Below, one piece after another: positions 18,387 through 21,141 of a DNA stretch of 21,141 nt. Below the pieces are notes generated by a model that worked only from the letters and a program-made list of their open reading frames with translations, made no database searches and was not told the origin of the DNA. The DNA comes from Limnochordia bacterium (GTDB taxonomy: Bacteria > Bacillota > Limnochordia > DTU080): the NCBI GenBank assembly GCA_050951545.1, contig JBMNJG010000014.1, positions 1-21,141 on the forward strand, written 5' to 3'. Position 1 is the first letter of the stretch. Each line of letters begins with the position of its first letter. The position numbers were made by a program, and so were the translations under genes.

Positions 18387-19310
18387 ATGCAGATCATCCA
18401 GATACCTCTCAGCTTGGTGCAGGAAGACCCACAGCATGTTCGGCTCAGTTCTGACCCGAAGGGGATCGAGAACTTAGCGAAATCAATGAATGATGTTGGC
18501 CTTCTTCACCCCATTTTGGTAAGGAAGGTAGCCCACGGCTATCAGCTTGTGGCGGGTCAGAGACGGTTGAGGGCCGCGTCTAGGTTAGGGTATGAGTCTG
18601 TACCAGCCATCGTGCTAGAACCTGGCGTGCCAGTGCGGCAGGTGCAACTGGTTGAGAATCTGCAGCGCGAGGATCTTGATCCGGTAGAGCGGGCGTTGGC
18701 CATCAACCAGTTCATGATGGCAGAAAAACTGACCAAGGTGGCCGCAGCGGAGCGATTGGGGGTACCACGCACGACACTTACTGAGTGGCTAAATGTTCTC
18801 GAGGTTCCCGAGCGTTACCAGAAGGCTCTCGTCGAGAATTTTCGCGGTGGCGACTCTGCGCTCACGGTCTCGCATGTCTCGGAAGCGAAAGGTTTGGCGA
18901 GTCGTTTGCGTAGCCCTGGTCTTTGCACAATCGTGCTTGACGCTGTACTCGACTACAGGCTAAGCAAGGCTGAGACGCGTGAGGTCTGCGCCCTAGTACG
19001 GGAGAGCATGGATCTAAGTGTCGACGAGGCTGTGCTGGTGGTGCGTCGACCCTCTGAGATAAGCCGGCTGAGCGATGACTTGGGAGACGGGCGTTTAGCA
19101 GTAGAGCGCAATCTCGACAGATGGAGGTATGCACTGGAGCGTTCCACAACCACGTTGCTGGAGCTCGGGCGAATCTCACCGCGCTACCTGGCGCCAAACG
19201 AACGTCGGCGTCTGGTAGACAGGTTGCAGCACTTGCAGGAACTCGTGGAGGGCGCGCTGCAGCAGATGGCCGAAGAACGAGACGTGCGGAGAGCGGGTAA
19301 GGTCTCTTAA
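18387..19310 (+). CDS. ParB/RepB/Spo0J family protein (orphan paralogue)
   Basis: GLLHPILVR, LVAGQRRLRA, ENLQREDLDPVERA, HTH AAERLGVPRTTL. Confidence 0.92.
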   Translation: MQIIQIPLSLVQEDPQHVRLSSDPKGIENLAKSMNDVGLLHPILVRKVAHGYQLVAGQRRLRAASRLGYESVPAIVLEPGVPVRQVQLVENLQREDLDPVERALAINQFMMAEKLTKVAAAERLGVPRTTLTEWLNVLEVPERYQKALVENFRGGDSALTVSHVSEAKGLASRLRSPGLCTIVLDAVLDYRLSKAETREVCALVRESMDLSVDEAVLVVRRPSEISRLSDDLGDGRLAVERNLDRWRYALERSTTTLLELGRISPRYLAPNERRRLVDRLQHLQELVEGALQQMAEERDVRRAGKVS

Positions 19311-19487
19311 GGACGCGTGTGCGCATGTCTTCACTCTTAGGCCCCCTAATGGAATTGGACAATCGGACCAGATACGGTAAGGTATGGAAGAAGGGTGTTG
19401 GGTCCTCGCCTCCCCCGGGGGAGGCGAGCGGAAACCGTGTCACACCCCCTTCGCCTCTCGCTTGAAAAGACGAAGGGAGCGTTTATC

Positions 19488-19802
19488 TTGAGCCGCCAAA
19501 AGTACGATGTTGATTTCAAGGTCCGAGTTGTTCAGGAGGCTATCGAAACTGGCAACGGGAGTATTGTGGCCAGACGTTACGGACTCGCCCCCGCAGTCGT
19601 AAACCGATGGGCCAGAAGCTACAAAGAGCATGGTGTTGACGCCTTTACCTCCCCGAAGAAGCGCTCGCGTTCTGGCGGGGGGCCTGATCCACGTACGCAG
19701 GGGATTGAGCGGGAGAACGACCAGCTTAAGCGCCTTCTGGGCGAGAAAGACCTCGAGATTGCCATTTTGCGTGACCTCGTAAAAAAGGGGACCCATCTTT
19801 AG
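19488..19802 (+). CDS. IS3 transposase OrfA
   Basis: YDVDFKVRVV, HTH, ENDQLKRLLGEKDLEIAILRDLVKK coiled coil; RBS AGGGAG before TTG. Confidence 0.9.
   Translation: MSRQKYDVDFKVRVVQEAIETGNGSIVARRYGLAPAVVNRWARSYKEHGVDAFTSPKKRSRSGGGPDPRTQGIERENDQLKRLLGEKDLEIAILRDLVKKGTHL
19781..19787 (+). other. -1 programmed frameshift site A AAA AAG
   Basis: In orfA phase (GTA AAA AAG); the -1 frame is open from 19781 into orfB (KKGDPSLDERLEVANKWI...). Confidence 0.85.
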
Positions 19803-20752
19803 ATGAGCGTCTCGAGGTAGCCAACAAATGGATCGCAAAGGGCTACCCAGTGTCTTGGGTTCTACGCTTCGCGGGTGTTTCGCGCTCAACGTACTACTGG
19901 CGCCTCCAAAACCCGAAAGGAGGCAAAAAGCGAAAGCAGGGCGGCTCGCGTGGGCGACCAATTCCCGGATTCTCCTTCACCACGAAAGGCGAGATCGTTA
20001 GTGACGAGTGCATAAAGGAGCTTCTCTTGGCTGCCATCAGCGGCGACGGCTACCCCTATGGCTATCGCAAGCTGACGAGCTGGTTAAAGAGAGAGCACGG
20101 GCTCAGAATCAACAAGAAAAAAGTGTACAGACTCTGCAAAGAGCTAGGGATTTTGCAGACTCAACGTCGATTGCGGCCTCGCCTTGCGAAACGCAAGGTA
20201 GCCACGAACAGGGAAATCACAGGTATCAACCAGCTGTGGGAGACTGACATCAAGTATGGTTACATTGCCGAAGAACGTCGCTTCTTCTTCGTACAGACGG
20301 TGATAGATGTGTACGATCGCATGGTGCTCGACTATCACATTGGGCTCAGTTGCACGGCCGAGGAAGCCGCTGCAAGCATTCAGGGGGCCTGCCAGCGCCG
20401 AGCTACTGAGACTGGCGATGCTACCGTGATTATCCGCTCGGATAACGGACCGCAATTCGTGAGCCATCGCTTCCAAGCAGCATGCGAGGGACTCGGATTG
20501 GAGCATGAATGCATACCAGTAAGGACTCCGAACAAAAACGCCCACATCGAAGCCTTTCACTCGATACTGGAAGATGAATGCTTCAGCCGGTACGAGTTCA
20601 ACAGCTTCGCTGAGGCCTACGTGACAGTCGTTGAATTCATGGATTACTATAACCACCGCAGGCTTCACGGCTCCTTGCGGGATGTACCCCCGGCCGAGTA
20701 CCATGAAGCATGTGTGAGCAATACTGCGAGACCAACCGCTATCCGGCTCTAG
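19781..20752 (+). CDS. IS3 transposase OrfB (rve integrase core), expressed as an OrfAB fusion
   Basis: YGYRKL, WETDIKY, RSDNGPQF, NAHIEAFH, YNHRRLH motifs; ORF track 19850..20752. Confidence 0.93.
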   Translation, partial: KKGDPSLDERLEVANKWIAKGYPVSWVLRFAGVSRSTYYWRLQNPKGGKKRKQGGSRGRPIPGFSFTTKGEIVSDECIKELLLAAISGDGYPYGYRKLTSWLKREHGLRINKKKVYRLCKELGILQTQRRLRPRLAKRKVATNREITGINQLWETDIKYGYIAEERRFFFVQTVIDVYDRMVLDYHIGLSCTAEEAAASIQGACQRRATETGDATVIIRSDNGPQFVSHRFQAACEGLGLEHECIPVRTPNKNAHIEAFHSILEDECFSRYEFNSFAEAYVTVVEFMDYYNHRRLHGSLRDVPPAEYHEACVSNTARPTAIRL

Positions 20753-20794
20753 GTGTCCAATTATAGGGGGTTAGCGCGTTCAGGCAAGCATGTA

Positions 20795-20820
20795 AGCCCC
20801 TCATGGTTTGCTGAGGGGCT
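20795..20820. terminator. Probable intrinsic terminator between convergent genes
   Basis: AGCCCCTCA-loop-TGAGGGGCT stem followed by GTCTTAT. Confidence 0.65.
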
Positions 20821-20851
20821 GTCTTATCTGCCACGGGGTGTTCTCTGAGTT

Positions 20852-21139
20852 TCAGGACCGAAGTTTCGGTTGCTCTTCGGTCGTCATCCGCTCTTCGGCC
20901 AACCCGGCTGAGATCAGCAGATACTTGGGGTCCACGCCCAGTGCTTCAGCAATACGGCAGATAATCGGTCTCGGAGGGACAAAGCCCTGCATGATATGAT
21001 CGATGGTGGAGACTGACAAATCAGCGTGATCCTCTAGATAGGACCAGGGGTGACGGTCATCAGTAAGGTAGACATTGAGCACTTCAAGAAACGTTGATCC
21101 AAGAGGAGGCGTAGGGCCGCGTAGAGCGGGCGGTCGGTC
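20852..21139 (-). CDS. Partial protein with C-terminal XRE-type HTH, start outside the window
   Basis: Frame open to the window edge; ADLSVSTIDHIMQG...ICRIAEALGVDPKYLL. Confidence 0.65.
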   Translation of the reverse strand, partial: DRPPALRGPTPPLGSTFLEVLNVYLTDDRHPWSYLEDHADLSVSTIDHIMQGFVPPRPIICRIAEALGVDPKYLLISAGLAEERMTTEEQPKLRS

Positions 21140-21141
21140 AC

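Larger units (their letters stand above)
19334..20778 (+). mobile_element. IS3-family insertion sequence
   Basis: Imperfect IRs sharing CCCCCTA...AATTGGACA; TTCA duplicated at 19330-19333 and 20779-20782; orfA/orfB. Confidence 0.88.

Overview
GC-rich bacterial chromosomal window, most likely from a Bacillota member with an outer membrane (inferred from an SLH + beta-barrel OmpM-like gene next to a DUF378 gene and a ParB paralogue). The left 8.7 kb is a nested mobile region. A tandem array of ~408-bp non-coding units (481-8669) is interrupted by an IS21-family element (1056-7972, 5-bp TSD CTTAT). The istA gene of that element is split by a second, 4456-bp IS21-family element (2152-6607, 7-bp TSD ATATATG). 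Inside its own ends this inner element carries a zinc-ribbon/HTH (DUF6431-like) gene and a divergent ParB-like gene, with a parS/NBS-like palindrome at the parB-istA junction; this is the best candidate for an under-described system. The whole block appears to separate two fragments of a minus-strand host gene. The right 12 kb is ordinary chromosome: Gfo/Idh/MocA oxidoreductase, Hsp20, DUF378, Hyi-type isomerase, a solitary N6-adenine methyltransferase, EamA transporter, YqgF-like nuclease, SLH-porin, a secreted repeat protein, an orphan ParB, an apparently intact IS3 element with an A6G frameshift site, and a partial HTH gene. Family assignments come from motif recognition by eye, not from database searches.
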